Counted from the stretch's first letter, positions 33,634 through 44,926 are shown. The stretch: DNA of 64,000 nucleotides from Candidatus Poribacteria bacterium (GCA_965215015.1 OZ244042.1:3008001-3072000), one strand, 5' to 3'. The notes: generated by a model not told the origin, from the letters alone. Numbers and translations: made by a program.

Positions 33634-33809
33634 GCGAGTTTGACGTCCCTTGAGTAAACGCTCAATTGAGCAGATGGAGACTAACCATGCAAAAGACTAA
33701 ATTGACAGGTTTGATTGAAATAACGCAACGGAACCGGAACTTTAGTGTGTAGGAGTATACCAAGGCTTTCCACGCGGAAATCCGATCACCGTTTTTAGAG
33801 GAGAATATT

Positions 33810-34955
33810 ATGGCAAAAGACTTTGCTTTTACAGGTGGACGCCCCGACCCGTATACGTTTCCAACAGAGGGTTTGATTAAAGCCAGCGAAAAGGCACTGC
33901 GTAAGTTGGGCGGGGACCTTGTGAACTATCCCGGTGAACAGGGATATGCGGGCTTACGTGAATTGGCGTCGATGCGCTTTGAACGACGAGAAGGTGTGCC
34001 GTTAGACATTGATGATATTTCAATCACCTCTGGCTCCATGCAGGCACTTGAGCTTGTTTTAGGCACCTTCATCACGCCCGGAGATACGGTTTTAACCGAA
34101 GAGTTTACCTATAGTGGTACGCTCGGTATCATGCGACACCTCAAAGCGAATATCGTGGGTGTGCCAATGGACTACATTGATGGCATGAACATGGACGCCC
34201 TTGAGGAACAGCTGAAAGAACTGAAGACTCAGAATATTAAGCCAAGTTTCATCTATACCACTTCCAATCACCAAAATCCCACGTCGGCAATCCTTTCGCT
34301 GGAACGCCGAAAACGGATGTTGGAATTGGCGGAGGAATATGACACCCTGATTGTTGAAGACGATTGTTACGGCGACATTGACTTTGTGACGAACCCCACG
34401 CCCGATGCGCTTTACAAACTTGATTCGTCCAACCGCGTCATCTTAATTGCGACCTTCTCGAAGATTCTCGGTTGCGGGCTCCGTCAGGGATATTTCGTTG
34501 CCAAATCACCATATAAGGAGATGATTCATGCGAATCGGTGGGATGGCGGCTGTAGCGCATTGGCGAGTGCAATCGTGGCAGAGTTCTTCAAAGAACATCT
34601 CGATGAACACCTCGCTAAGACAAACGCTGCAGTAGGTGCGAAATGTCGTGCCGTGGTTGGCACACTCCGGGAAGAGGTCAGCGACATTTGCACGTGGACT
34701 GAGCCGCGCGGTGGGCTTTTTCTCTGGATCGATTTGCCGGAAACGACAGATATGGGCAAGGTCGCAGAGATTGCTGGTCAACACAACGTAGGTTACAGCA
34801 ACGGTAGTGCATTCCATTATCGAGGCGATCCCGTCAAGAGTATCCGCTTGGCTTACGCTTACACCCATCTTGATTACATAGCCGAAGGCATCGGCTACCT
34901 CTGTGATGCGATTCGCAAGGCGCAAGTTGAATCGGTTGACATTGCAGCAGATTAA
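33810..34955 (+). CDS. PLP-dependent class I/II aminotransferase (LysN/MocR-like)
   Basis: QNPT, EDDCYG, TFSKILGCGLR, GGLFLW. Confidence 0.9.
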   Translation: MAKDFAFTGGRPDPYTFPTEGLIKASEKALRKLGGDLVNYPGEQGYAGLRELASMRFERREGVPLDIDDISITSGSMQALELVLGTFITPGDTVLTEEFTYSGTLGIMRHLKANIVGVPMDYIDGMNMDALEEQLKELKTQNIKPSFIYTTSNHQNPTSAILSLERRKRMLELAEEYDTLIVEDDCYGDIDFVTNPTPDALYKLDSSNRVILIATFSKILGCGLRQGYFVAKSPYKEMIHANRWDGGCSALASAIVAEFFKEHLDEHLAKTNAAVGAKCRAVVGTLREEVSDICTWTEPRGGLFLWIDLPETTDMGKVAEIAGQHNVGYSNGSAFHYRGDPVKSIRLAYAYTHLDYIAEGIGYLCDAIRKAQVESVDIAAD

Positions 34956-35056
34956 CTTCTCTGATTTTCGGGATTTCCCTGAAAACTCTTGGATCTGGGT
35001 TGAAAGCCAGTCAACGCTGTGTCCGTTGGCTGGCACTTCCCTCGGAAGACAGAGGA

Positions 35057-36022
35057 ATGAGTAACATTGATGAACTGGTTACACAGTTACAAGATCCGAA
35101 CCCAGAGGGCCGCAGCAGTGCAGTTGAAGCGTTAGCAAAATCCGGCGATTCGAGAGCAGTTGCGCTGTTGATAACGACACTACAGGATGAGTCTGAATTG
35201 ATTCGGGGGCTTGCGCTTCAAGGGTTAAAAGACATCGGTCCGCCTGCTGTGCCCCTTTTGATAGTTACACTGAAAAATCCAGATCGACAAGTTCGCAGGA
35301 AAGCCTCCTGTGTGATTGATAATATTGGCTATAAATTGAAGGATATAGGGGATTTTCGAGCAGTCGAATCCCTAATAGATGCACTCAACGATCCGGCGAG
35401 CGTGGTTCGCGGTCATTCTGTCGCAGCATTAGGGAAGATTGGGGGACCACAAGCCCTTCCGGCAGTGATGGCCGCGCTGAAAGCCGAAGCGGTGAGAAGC
35501 GCGTTGGACATTGGGGTGTGCTATCGCGCCATCGAAGCGACCCACAGACTTGGTGGACGAGCAGCCGAATGCCTGATCCCTGCGTTGAAACATCCAGATA
35601 AAGCTATCCGCAGGAAAGCCGCTACGTTACTCGGTAAAACTGGAGAAACAGGAGCTGTTGAACTGCTCATCGGTGCCCTCAAGGACAAACACCCGCGCGT
35701 CCGTAGCAGGGCGGCACATGCGTTGGGGCGAATTGGGGACTCAAGGGCTATCGAGCCTTTAACTGTTGCAATCCAAGATACGGCCCCTAATGTCCGCATT
35801 AATGCCCTTCATGCGTTGGGAAAATTTGGCCAATCGGCAGCAGCAGCCTTAACGCCAGCACTCGCAGATCCGGCGGCATCTGTCCGAAGACACGCCATTG
35901 CTGTATTAGAAAAAACAGGCAATAAAGGGGCTATTGCCCGACTAAAAAAGAGGGCAAAAGATGAAACTGAGGACTCCGTTCGACAGGCTGCTAATCGTGT
36001 ATTGAGGGCACGAAGGAATTGA
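35057..36022 (+). CDS. HEAT-repeat (PBS-lyase-like) protein
   Basis: Repeated 'L.D....VR..AA.ALG.IGD.RA' units. Confidence 0.88.
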   Translation: MSNIDELVTQLQDPNPEGRSSAVEALAKSGDSRAVALLITTLQDESELIRGLALQGLKDIGPPAVPLLIVTLKNPDRQVRRKASCVIDNIGYKLKDIGDFRAVESLIDALNDPASVVRGHSVAALGKIGGPQALPAVMAALKAEAVRSALDIGVCYRAIEATHRLGGRAAECLIPALKHPDKAIRRKAATLLGKTGETGAVELLIGALKDKHPRVRSRAAHALGRIGDSRAIEPLTVAIQDTAPNVRINALHALGKFGQSAAAALTPALADPAASVRRHAIAVLEKTGNKGAIARLKKRAKDETEDSVRQAANRVLRARRN

Positions 36023-36075
36023 CATGACCGCTTGATTTATCAATTTGTTGTCCTTAACCAGAGAGAAAACAACCG

Positions 36076-37086
36076 ATGAAAGATTTTAACCAACTTCACA
36101 AGTATTCCGTCCCTATATCAATTTTACTCCTGATTGCATTTCTCTCCGCAGGTTGCGCTGCCTTAGAAGAGGCACAACGGCGAAAACAGGAAAGAACTCG
36201 GCAGCAGCAACAAGAACGTTATGTAACATTTGAACGCCCAACCACTGACATCCAAATGTTAGCAGATGGCTTGACACTTGAGAGCGAGCATTACACTTTC
36301 ACTTTTGCCGAGGACCTGTTGACACACCCAGACTACGATGAACCCGAGGAGCGTCAGAATGTGGGCAAAGGTGCACTGATATTTATGGAGAGTCTCTACA
36401 ATTACGTCCACGACATCTTCGGTTTTGAACCAGATCATCAGCTGAAGGTGAACCTTCGCCAGACCCATCACGGCTCCACACACCTTGCAACGACATCAAC
36501 TCGCACCCAAACAGTCTATCAAAACGGTGAGTGGCTAAAAATTATTAAAGGGATCGAAATGGACTTCCCGGTTGCGATGTTTAACCAGCGCGATGTCCGG
36601 GCGCACGAATTGACCCATGCATTCACAAATATCTACCTACTTCCAACATGGTTTGCAGAAGGCATTGCGGTTTTGGTTCAGGTTGAATATGCGCGGGGTA
36701 AGAGCCACCGCAGGCTGGATCTCCATGAAGATTTGGAAACCGATCTTGACGGTCGCAATGCCGTTCAATATTGGAAGGGGCATCTCAGCACAGATCAATT
36801 AACTCAATGGCGGTATAGCTACTCCTACTCAATTGTAGCGGAATTGAAAAAGCGCTTCGGTGAGGATTTTTACCCGACCCTCTTTCAGTTAATCGAAGAG
36901 GATCAACTCCATCAAAGGTTACCCGGTGAAATGGCGACTAGCTTTCTGGTTTACTATCTGAGCCAAGCTGCCGGTCAAGATCTCGTTCCGTTTTTTAAAG
37001 AACTTCAATTTGACGTTCGTCGTATAAGCAAATCGGAAATTATGTCGGCTATTATGCAGGCGAACCAGCAACAACTTGGGAGGTAA
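36076..37086 (+). CDS. Lipoprotein with gluzincin-like peptidase motif
   Basis: Lipobox SAGC; 'AHELTHAF..LPTWFAEGIA' (HExxH plus downstream E). Confidence 0.7.
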   Translation: MKDFNQLHKYSVPISILLLIAFLSAGCAALEEAQRRKQERTRQQQQERYVTFERPTTDIQMLADGLTLESEHYTFTFAEDLLTHPDYDEPEERQNVGKGALIFMESLYNYVHDIFGFEPDHQLKVNLRQTHHGSTHLATTSTRTQTVYQNGEWLKIIKGIEMDFPVAMFNQRDVRAHELTHAFTNIYLLPTWFAEGIAVLVQVEYARGKSHRRLDLHEDLETDLDGRNAVQYWKGHLSTDQLTQWRYSYSYSIVAELKKRFGEDFYPTLFQLIEEDQLHQRLPGEMATSFLVYYLSQAAGQDLVPFFKELQFDVRRISKSEIMSAIMQANQQQLGR

Positions 37087-37092
37087 AGTCAG

Positions 37093-37737
37093 ATGAAACT
37101 CCAATTACCCTTTGCTTATCTCTTTTTGGCGTTTAGCTTCGTTTCATCCTATGGATGTGGTACAGGCATCATCGCCGAACAAACGTGGAGTAAAAACTAT
37201 GCCCTTATTGAAGGTGTACAAGCCAATGACCCGGCGATTGTTGATGGAGATCTCAAAACGATTGGTCAATCTCAGTATGTCGAGGCATCGTCGGATATCA
37301 TTCAAAGTCACCACGCCTCCTCCGAATCAGTGATACTTCTTCCCGCCCCCAAATCCATCCATCGCGTTGTGGTACATTCCTCCAACATGGAGGCATTTGA
37401 TATATGGGTGGCTGACAATCAAGGAAAATGGGACAGAATCAAGGAGATTAAAAGCATTAAACAGAAGGTTATTGATGTTCGCCTGAATCGAGCCGTGCAC
37501 ACCACCGGTGTTAAAATTCGGGTTCGTCGGACTTCAGATGATGCAGAGCTTCGGCAGAAGAACATCCAACGGGTCCGTGGTTGGCGGATTTATTCTGGGC
37601 ATGTTCGCGCCCCTGCAAAGATTTCTGAAATTGAACTGTACGGGTTCGCCTCCAAACCGGATATAGAAGATGCACAAAACGCACTTTCTCAGGAGGAGGC
37701 AGACGAGAAGGAGCTCGATGGGTTGTTGAAATTTTAG
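37093..37737 (+). CDS. Lipoprotein with probable discoidin/galactose-binding-like fold
   Basis: SYGC lipobox; 'VDGDLKT...ISEIELYG'. Confidence 0.6.
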   Translation: MKLQLPFAYLFLAFSFVSSYGCGTGIIAEQTWSKNYALIEGVQANDPAIVDGDLKTIGQSQYVEASSDIIQSHHASSESVILLPAPKSIHRVVVHSSNMEAFDIWVADNQGKWDRIKEIKSIKQKVIDVRLNRAVHTTGVKIRVRRTSDDAELRQKNIQRVRGWRIYSGHVRAPAKISEIELYGFASKPDIEDAQNALSQEEADEKELDGLLKF

Positions 37738-37774
37738 GCAGGGCCGATAGATATACCTCTATTGCTTGACCTCG

Positions 37775-38323
37775 TTAATAATCAGAATCAGCGAGAAGTT
37801 CTTTTATCTTTTCTTCAATCAATATCTCGCCCCCGGGGGCAAACCCTACGCTACGGTGACGAACAATTCCTTTCCTATCAATATAGTATGTGCATGGGAT
37901 ACCGCTGACCTCATATCCCTGAGATTGGGTGCTTCCATCTAAAAGCACGGTGTATGAGATTCGGGGTACTGCGAAGCGTTTTACCTTCATATAATCAGTC
38001 TCGGTGTTCATGCCGAGAATCACCAACCCCTGATCTTTATACTTCATGTGAAGTGCCTCCAGATATGGGATCTCCGCGCGACAGGGCATACACCACGTCG
38101 CCCAGAAGTTGAGTACAACAGGTTGTCCTCTGAAGTCTGATAGACTGACCTGATTTCCCTTTAGGTCTCGTAGTGTGAAGTCCGGCGCAGGCCTCTCAAT
38201 GAGCACACTTTCCGTCCCACGAGTTGTTGAATCCTGGGACGTGCAGTTAGCAAAAGAAAACATTAGCGAAAATAGGATAGAAATAGCGGGAAAAGACCTT
38301 CGGGTTTGTTTTATCCGTTTCAT
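37775..38323 (-). CDS. TlpA/ResA-family thiol-disulfide oxidoreductase
   Basis: APDFTL, NFWATWCMPC, GIP. Confidence 0.92.
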   Translation of the reverse strand: MKRIKQTRRSFPAISILFSLMFSFANCTSQDSTTRGTESVLIERPAPDFTLRDLKGNQVSLSDFRGQPVVLNFWATWCMPCRAEIPYLEALHMKYKDQGLVILGMNTETDYMKVKRFAVPRISYTVLLDGSTQSQGYEVSGIPCTYYIDRKGIVRHRSVGFAPGGEILIEEKIKELLADSDY

Positions 38324-38475
38324 CGGTTGTTCTCCTGAATGACTCAGTTCACAGTTATACCGGTTTTGACGTGCTCCTAAAGGATTTTTGATAAAAATTA
38401 GCCCCACAAACTTGCTTTATTATACCAGTAGCCCCTAGCAATCTCAAGCCAAATCTATCCGGAAAATTTCCATCT

Positions 38476-39642
38476 ATGCGTATTCTTCACACATCAGACT
38501 GGCACATCGGGCATCGCCTTTATGAGCGGAGGCGGATTGAGGAGCACCGCCAATTCCTCGATTGGCTGCTGACCGCGCTCCAAGAAAATGCGGTTGATGT
38601 GCTACTCGTCGCAGGAGACATCTTCGATACCGCCTTGCCCTCTTCCGAAGCAATAGACCTCTACTACCAATTCCTCTTTCGTTTATACCGTGAAACACAC
38701 GCTCACGCCATCATCACCGCCGGCAATCATGATTCCCCAATGCGTTTGGCTGCGCCCCAAGAGTTTCTCCGAATGGGACGGATTCATGTCGTCGGGCTCG
38801 CCTCTGAACCCACAGAGTGCATTATTACCCTTCCCTCCGAAAATCCGAGCGTTGCTATTGCGGCAGTACCTTACCTCTCCGAAAGCGAACTTTCACACAT
38901 TTCATTTGAGACAGAGCCTGAAAGAGCAGAACGTTACCGGGAACAGTTGAAGGCATTCTATCGCCAATGTGTTGAGTGCATACCGCCGGGACTGCCCAAG
39001 ATTTTGATGGGACATCTCTTCGTTCACGGGGGACAAATGGGAGATTCGGAACGAAATATCCAAATCGGTGGGGCAACAGCTATGCACATCAGCGATTTCC
39101 CTGACGATGTGGCTTATGTCGCACTCGGACATCTGCATCGGCCACACGCCATCAGTGGGTCAAGTTATCCCGTGCAATATGCTGGTTCACCATTACCCCT
39201 GCGATTCAATGAGGCTAGTTACTCCAAGAAGGCATATCTGTTAGAGGTTCCAACAGCCGGTGATGCGTGGCTAAAAGAAATTGAGATTCCTGTTTTCAAG
39301 GAACTCCACACCGTAGCGGGGAACCTCGATGAGGTGCTCTCAGCAGCAATGTTACCGGATTGGGACGGGAAATATATTCAGGTACAACTGAAATCCGACC
39401 GTCCGGAGGTTGGCCTCAGTGATAGGATTCGGGAGGCATTTTATAAACGTGGCGGAGATGTCTTGAGCATTGAAGTTGAACTGCCGACCCAGACAGAGCG
39501 GCAAGAAACATCGATTGAGGCTATGCAGCAGCCGACGGAAATCTTTGAACAGTTTTACAAGGAAAAATTTAATGAAGCCCCTGATGAGCTGATGATGAAA
39601 ACATTTGATGAACTGTTGCAGCTCGTTGAGGAGAAAGCATGA
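38476..39642 (+). CDS. sbcD: Exonuclease SbcCD subunit D
   Basis: HTSDWHIG, AGDIFD, AGNHD, ALGHLH, YAGSP. Confidence 0.95.
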   Translation: MRILHTSDWHIGHRLYERRRIEEHRQFLDWLLTALQENAVDVLLVAGDIFDTALPSSEAIDLYYQFLFRLYRETHAHAIITAGNHDSPMRLAAPQEFLRMGRIHVVGLASEPTECIITLPSENPSVAIAAVPYLSESELSHISFETEPERAERYREQLKAFYRQCVECIPPGLPKILMGHLFVHGGQMGDSERNIQIGGATAMHISDFPDDVAYVALGHLHRPHAISGSSYPVQYAGSPLPLRFNEASYSKKAYLLEVPTAGDAWLKEIEIPVFKELHTVAGNLDEVLSAAMLPDWDGKYIQVQLKSDRPEVGLSDRIREAFYKRGGDVLSIEVELPTQTERQETSIEAMQQPTEIFEQFYKEKFNEAPDELMMKTFDELLQLVEEKA

Positions 39643-42600
39643 AACTATACAAACTGAAACTCAAGAATCTGAACAGTTTCCGCGGAGAGATTGAACTCGA
39701 TTTTGAAAAAGTGCCATTGGATGAGGCAGCCCTTGTGGCAATTACTGGACCTACCGGTGCAGGAAAAACGACGTTGTTGGATGCGATTTGCGTCGCCTTA
39801 TACAGCAGAACGCCGCGCTTGACAGGAAGTGGGAGCCAAAATCCTAGCCATCTCATCAGCCACGGGGAAACCGATGGCTATGCCGAGGTGCATTTTGGGG
39901 CAAATGGCACCCGTTACCTCGCCGAGTGGCGTCTGAGACGTGGAAGTTCCCCAAAGGGGCGGTTGATTTCTACCGAGAATGGCGAGCTGATCAGCGATAG
40001 GCTATCCGCCCGAGGTAAAGTTCTGGGTGCCAGCAAAAACACGATTGGCGAAGAGATAACCGCTATCTTGGGGCTTGATTTCGATGCGTTTAAGCGGTCC
40101 GTCATGTTAGCGCAGGGAGAATTTGCAGCATTCTTGAAGGCAAAAGACGAAGAGAGGCGGAGGATTTTGGAAGCCACTGCGGGTATCAGCGTCTACGATG
40201 AACTGAAAAAAGCGTTAAACGAAAAAGTGCAATCGGTTAAGGATGAACAAGAGGAAGTCTCAAAAAAACTGAATACTATTCCAGAGGCCTCTCGTGAGCA
40301 ACTCGCCGAAGCTGAAGCTGAACTTGGCAGCTTGCAAGCGTCATCTAAGATGTTAAATATAAAAAATAAAAAAGTTCAGAGGGAAAAGGTGCAAGAAAAG
40401 AGGCGCGAAGAAGAATTTGCGGAACTCCAGGCTTTAGAAGAACGCCAGGAGGAGCTCTTGAATCAACAGCCGATGATTGAGGGGCTCAAAGCAGAGCAAG
40501 AACGCGCAGATCGTGCGAATCGCCTTCTCCCTGAAAAACAGGCGTTTGATATGGCAAAATTGGAACTCCGAAAAGCGAAGGAGGCACTTCGTCAGGCTGA
40601 AATGGAGTTTGCGGAAGCCCAAAAGCAATTTAATGAAAATCAAGCGATTTTTGACGAAACGAACGAGACTTATCAGACAGCGAAAACCGTAGGCGAGCAG
40701 AAAACCGAGGCATACAGGGAGGCAAAATCTGATGTGGCGCGTGCACAAACGCAATTTCAGCTTGTCGAAGAGCGGCGGTCGAGCTTGCAGCAACATGAGG
40801 AAAAAATTAAGACGCTTTCAAGCGAGTTAGTTGATAAACATCGGGAGCAGGCCACGTTGGAGGCAGCTATTGAAAAGGCAGAAACCTTCCTGGAAGAAAA
40901 CCCGCTTCCTTCAGACCGTCAATCGCGTCTTACCCAAGCAAAAGCACTTCTGGTGGAACTTCGCTCGCTACGGCCACAAAAAGCAGACAAATTGAATAGC
41001 CAGTCAGAGCACACCTCAGAAATAAACAGGTTAGAGGAAGAATTAAGAAAACTATCCGGGAATCGAGAAAAACTCCGTGCGGAAAAGGCGAGTGCAGCGG
41101 TTTCGCTTGCAAAGACTGACACGGAATTAAAGACATTCCAAGCAACCGGCAACCTTGAGGACTGGCAAAACCGAAGAGAGCGGGCAAGGCAGGCGTTACC
41201 AATTGTGCAGTGTTATGAGGTTTCTCAGGACCAACTATGTAACGCTGAACGCGATGCAGGAGAATTACAGGCAAGCATTACCACACTTGATAAATCACTT
41301 GATGATCTCAAAAAGAAATTAGAGGTTCAATTTTATTCGTGCAAGCGTGCGGAGGCTGAAGTCACTCGGTTGGAAGCGGAGAGGGAATTGGCCCTCTTGG
41401 CAAACCCTATCAATCAGCTTCGGCGGCAGCTTGAACCAGGGCAACCGTGTCGGGTGTGCGGGGCCACGGAGCACCCCTGCGCTGATGACGTCGAGCTTGA
41501 AAGTGAAGAACAACTAGGGATTGTACAGAACGCCTTAGATGCTGCCGAAACGGAGGCGCGGAAGGCACAAGCACAGAATAAACATCTAGAACAAGAGCAG
41601 GCGCGTCTCCAACAGAATAAAACGAACATCACGGCACAAGTTGACACATGTATAACGGCGATAGAGCACCTGACGGGCAAAATCGAATCCGCCCGGACGC
41701 AGTGGCAAGCAGTTCATCAAACTGCGGACATCTCATCCAAGTGGGTACACGAAGAAATCAGAGAAGCAGACACTACAATCAATAACCTTGGTAATGCTCA
41801 CCGCGCACACATTCAAGCACTGAATGATTTAAATTTGGTCTCTGAAAAACTCATGACCTGTGAGCGAGACATTGCACGAGAGAACAGACAGTTGGAAGAT
41901 AACCAGCAGAAGCTGCGTGTCGTAACTACTGAGATTGAAATTTTGAACATGGATATTGAGAATAGTGAAAACCGATTTTGGGAAATACTACCCGATGCTT
42001 TCCACGGAATCGATCCAGAAGATGCCGCCAATCAATTTGATGATAAAATTGAGACTGTAGCAGCCCGTGAACAAGAACGGGAGAAAAAGCAGAATGAACT
42101 TACACAATGCAACATCGTTATTGGAGAGAAAGAGAAATCTCTAGAAACAGAACGAGAAAACCATAGAAAATTAGATGCCGAAATCGAGAGCTATCAATGC
42201 GAAGGGAATGATTTTTTAGACACTGCCAGCAATAAAACTGGTGGATTGGCAACCGAAGCGGAGATTAACACCGCTCTCGAAAGGTTACACGCGAAGACTC
42301 AGGAAAAAGCGGAGCAGTGTGAAGAAGCAGATCAGAAATTACGGGAAAGCCGAGACCAACACACCGAAAAACAAGCTAATCATCGGAATCGCCAAGACCG
42401 GCAAGTGGAGTGTAGTGAAAACTTTGAAACAACGCAAGCTGCTTACTTTGATAAGTTAAACAGGGTAGGCTTTAACTCGGTACAGGCACATGATAGCGCG
42501 TTCCGAACAGACTTGGAGCGGAGACAGATTGAAAAGGAGATAGATGACTTTACTCAAGGAAAGCGCCTGCTTGAGGAAAAAATTGCCACATTGCGGACTC

Positions 42601-43283
42601 AATTTGAGGAAACCCTGTTTGATCCACAGTTATTCGGACGCCTGACAGCGCAGGCTGAAGAAATTGAAGAGCAGATTCGAGAAGCACAGCGAGATATTGG
42701 TGCACAAGAGAACAAAATAGCTGAACTGAGAGATGCCCTCTCTAAGCGTGAGGCACTTGAGGATGAAATTCAGACAACCTTTGATGAATTGAAGCGATGG
42801 AGTAGTTTGCAAGATGCAATTCCTGCCAACAACCTGCGCGATTTTGCGTTGGATATTATGTTCAAACAGGTCAGTCGCATTGCCAACGCACAGTTGGAAT
42901 ACTTAACTTCAGGACGCTACCAGCTTAAGGTTGAAGGTATCGGCAAACTTACTGTAATTGATAGATGGAACGCTAACCAAGAACGCCCTGTTGAAACGCT
43001 CTCCGGCGGAGAGGCGTTCCTGACGAGCCTCGCCTTGGCACTTGCGCTTTCGGAACTCAGCCGTGGACGCGCCCAGATCCATTCACTCTTCCTTGACGAG
43101 GGCTTTGGAACGCTTGACTCCGAAACGCTTGATGTTGCCATCGCCGCACTGGAAGGACTACAGATGCAAGGACGAAGCATTTTTCTTATCAGCCACATTG
43201 GAGAGTTGACGAGGCGTATCCCTGTCCGAATCGCTGTCCAAAAAATGGGGAATGGCAGCTCGCGAGTGCAGATACGCGGATAA
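39639..43283 (+). CDS. sbcC: SMC-like ATPase SbcC
   Basis: GPTGAGKT, LAQGEF, CRVC zinc hook, LSGGE, FLDEGFG; start overlaps sbcD stop. Confidence 0.95.
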   Translation: MKLYKLKLKNLNSFRGEIELDFEKVPLDEAALVAITGPTGAGKTTLLDAICVALYSRTPRLTGSGSQNPSHLISHGETDGYAEVHFGANGTRYLAEWRLRRGSSPKGRLISTENGELISDRLSARGKVLGASKNTIGEEITAILGLDFDAFKRSVMLAQGEFAAFLKAKDEERRRILEATAGISVYDELKKALNEKVQSVKDEQEEVSKKLNTIPEASREQLAEAEAELGSLQASSKMLNIKNKKVQREKVQEKRREEEFAELQALEERQEELLNQQPMIEGLKAEQERADRANRLLPEKQAFDMAKLELRKAKEALRQAEMEFAEAQKQFNENQAIFDETNETYQTAKTVGEQKTEAYREAKSDVARAQTQFQLVEERRSSLQQHEEKIKTLSSELVDKHREQATLEAAIEKAETFLEENPLPSDRQSRLTQAKALLVELRSLRPQKADKLNSQSEHTSEINRLEEELRKLSGNREKLRAEKASAAVSLAKTDTELKTFQATGNLEDWQNRRERARQALPIVQCYEVSQDQLCNAERDAGELQASITTLDKSLDDLKKKLEVQFYSCKRAEAEVTRLEAERELALLANPINQLRRQLEPGQPCRVCGATEHPCADDVELESEEQLGIVQNALDAAETEARKAQAQNKHLEQEQARLQQNKTNITAQVDTCITAIEHLTGKIESARTQWQAVHQTADISSKWVHEEIREADTTINNLGNAHRAHIQALNDLNLVSEKLMTCERDIARENRQLEDNQQKLRVVTTEIEILNMDIENSENRFWEILPDAFHGIDPEDAANQFDDKIETVAAREQEREKKQNELTQCNIVIGEKEKSLETERENHRKLDAEIESYQCEGNDFLDTASNKTGGLATEAEINTALERLHAKTQEKAEQCEEADQKLRESRDQHTEKQANHRNRQDRQVECSENFETTQAAYFDKLNRVGFNSVQAHDSAFRTDLERRQIEKEIDDFTQGKRLLEEKIATLRTQFEETLFDPQLFGRLTAQAEEIEEQIREAQRDIGAQENKIAELRDALSKREALEDEIQTTFDELKRWSSLQDAIPANNLRDFALDIMFKQVSRIANAQLEYLTSGRYQLKVEGIGKLTVIDRWNANQERPVETLSGGEAFLTSLALALALSELSRGRAQIHSLFLDEGFGTLDSETLDVAIAALEGLQMQGRSIFLISHIGELTRRIPVRIAVQKMGNGSSRVQIRG

Positions 43284-43885
43284 CGATACAAAAGACTCAA
43301 TTGGGACTTACACAAGAACCATAGGAATAGCTGGTGAAAGCAATTACTGAGACAGTAATCGTCAAGTAGTGCCTCTTTGAGTTGGTAAAAGATCTACCCC
43401 GTCTGACGGGTGCCCTGATTAAATTGAGCCCAGACTTACATCACACAACCGCTTCAGGGTCAGACTCCCTCAACCGACGAAGCTTCTCCTCTGTGCCGTA
43501 TTGTTTCTGATCGGCCGTTGCATCTCATCAAGACGGTTCGGCGATAACGACACATCAATCTCGCCCTTTGTTATCTTTGCTTCAAGCTCTGCCATCGAGT
43601 GCATCTAAAATCGGCGGGTCCAACTCTGACCGTAATATACCGTCTCCTTCCTCATACTACCTGTCATGCGGGCCAATCACCTTTATTCTGTGTCCCTGCT
43701 ATGTTTTTCTTTGTACCATAGCACCTTTGCACCTTTACGTTAAACTCTTAATAACTTCTATTAATTTTAGGGGAAACCATTACACTGATTATTGACCAAG
43801 CTTCAAGCGTAAAATATTATAAAATATATTGCATAGGCTAAAAATAATATGTTATGATTCAGTCCAATCGGAAGGAGATGAGATT

Positions 43886-44065
43886 GTGCAAAGATTGAAG
43901 CCGCGATTGAGCTGTCAACTCATGATATCTTTTACAGAGAAGGCTGCCGAGAAAATCACAGATGCTGCGAAGCGATTCGGCACCAGTCAGTCAGAGATTG
44001 TTCGTGTGTGTGCTTAATGAACTGCCCAAGCTACCTGGACGTGAGACCAAGTGGAGAAATTAGCA
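43886..44065 (+). pseudogene. Small ribbon-helix-helix-like protein, possibly frameshifted at a TG run
   Basis: AAGGAG then GTG; 'AEKITDAAKRFGTSQSEIVR'. Confidence 0.4.
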
Positions 44066-44171
44066 GAGAAACACAACCGAAAAATAACTGAAAACCATAC
44101 ACCCCGTGACTGTCAAGCGTGAAGAAAGGATAGAAGATATGAGTATCAAGAAAAGGCTTCAATCCGAAATA

Positions 44172-44819
44172 ATGAAACTACTTTCAGTGAATGTTTCGCA
44201 ACCCAAAGAAGTATCGTATAACGGCAAACACATCAAAACAGGGATTTTCAAAGAGCCGGTATCGGGGCGGACGATGATGCGGCGGTTGAACCTCGATGGC
44301 GACGGGCAGGGCGATCTGTCTGTTCATGGCGGCATCCACAAAGCGGTCTATATTTATACGATTGAGCATTACGACTATTGGAAACGTGAACTCAGCAGGG
44401 ATGAGTTGACTTACGGACAATTCGGTGAAAACTTGACTGTGGAAGGACTGTTAGAGGAAATGGTTCATATCGGAGACGTTTTTCGGATAGGCGAAGCACT
44501 GGTCGAAGTATCGCAGCCGCGTGTCCCATGCTTTAAGCTTGGTCTCAAAATGGGGAACCCACAGATTGTCAAACCATTTCTGGCGAGCGAACGGGTGGGA
44601 TTTTACGTGCGCGTGTTGGAAGAGGGGGAAGTGGGGGCCGGCGATGCTATCGAGCGGACAAAAGTTGGAGAGGGACAGATGACGGTGAAAGAAATCGTCC
44701 ACCTGCGCCATTTCGACAACGCGAATACGGCAGCCGTTAAGAAGGCGGCAAACCTCCCTGCCCTTACACCTAGCTGGCGTGATTCATTCGAGGAAATTGT
44801 GGTCAAAGCTGAAGGGTGA
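44172..44819 (+). CDS. MOSC-domain protein (YiiM-like)
   Basis: HGG..KAVY, FGENLT, SQPRVPCFKL. Confidence 0.9.
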   Translation: MKLLSVNVSQPKEVSYNGKHIKTGIFKEPVSGRTMMRRLNLDGDGQGDLSVHGGIHKAVYIYTIEHYDYWKRELSRDELTYGQFGENLTVEGLLEEMVHIGDVFRIGEALVEVSQPRVPCFKLGLKMGNPQIVKPFLASERVGFYVRVLEEGEVGAGDAIERTKVGEGQMTVKEIVHLRHFDNANTAAVKKAANLPALTPSWRDSFEEIVVKAEG

Positions 44820-44926
44820 AACCTCAATGGCTCATGTCAAAAGAAGGTGTAAAATGCTAAGAGCAACCGATTTTTGGTCAAACACTCGGTTGCTGTTCCC
44901 TAATCTCTTACCCCCCTGAATAGATA

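Noticed and set aside
43300-43800. Short ORFs or a minus-strand gene relic
   Set aside because: Fragmented by stops; no family could be assigned.
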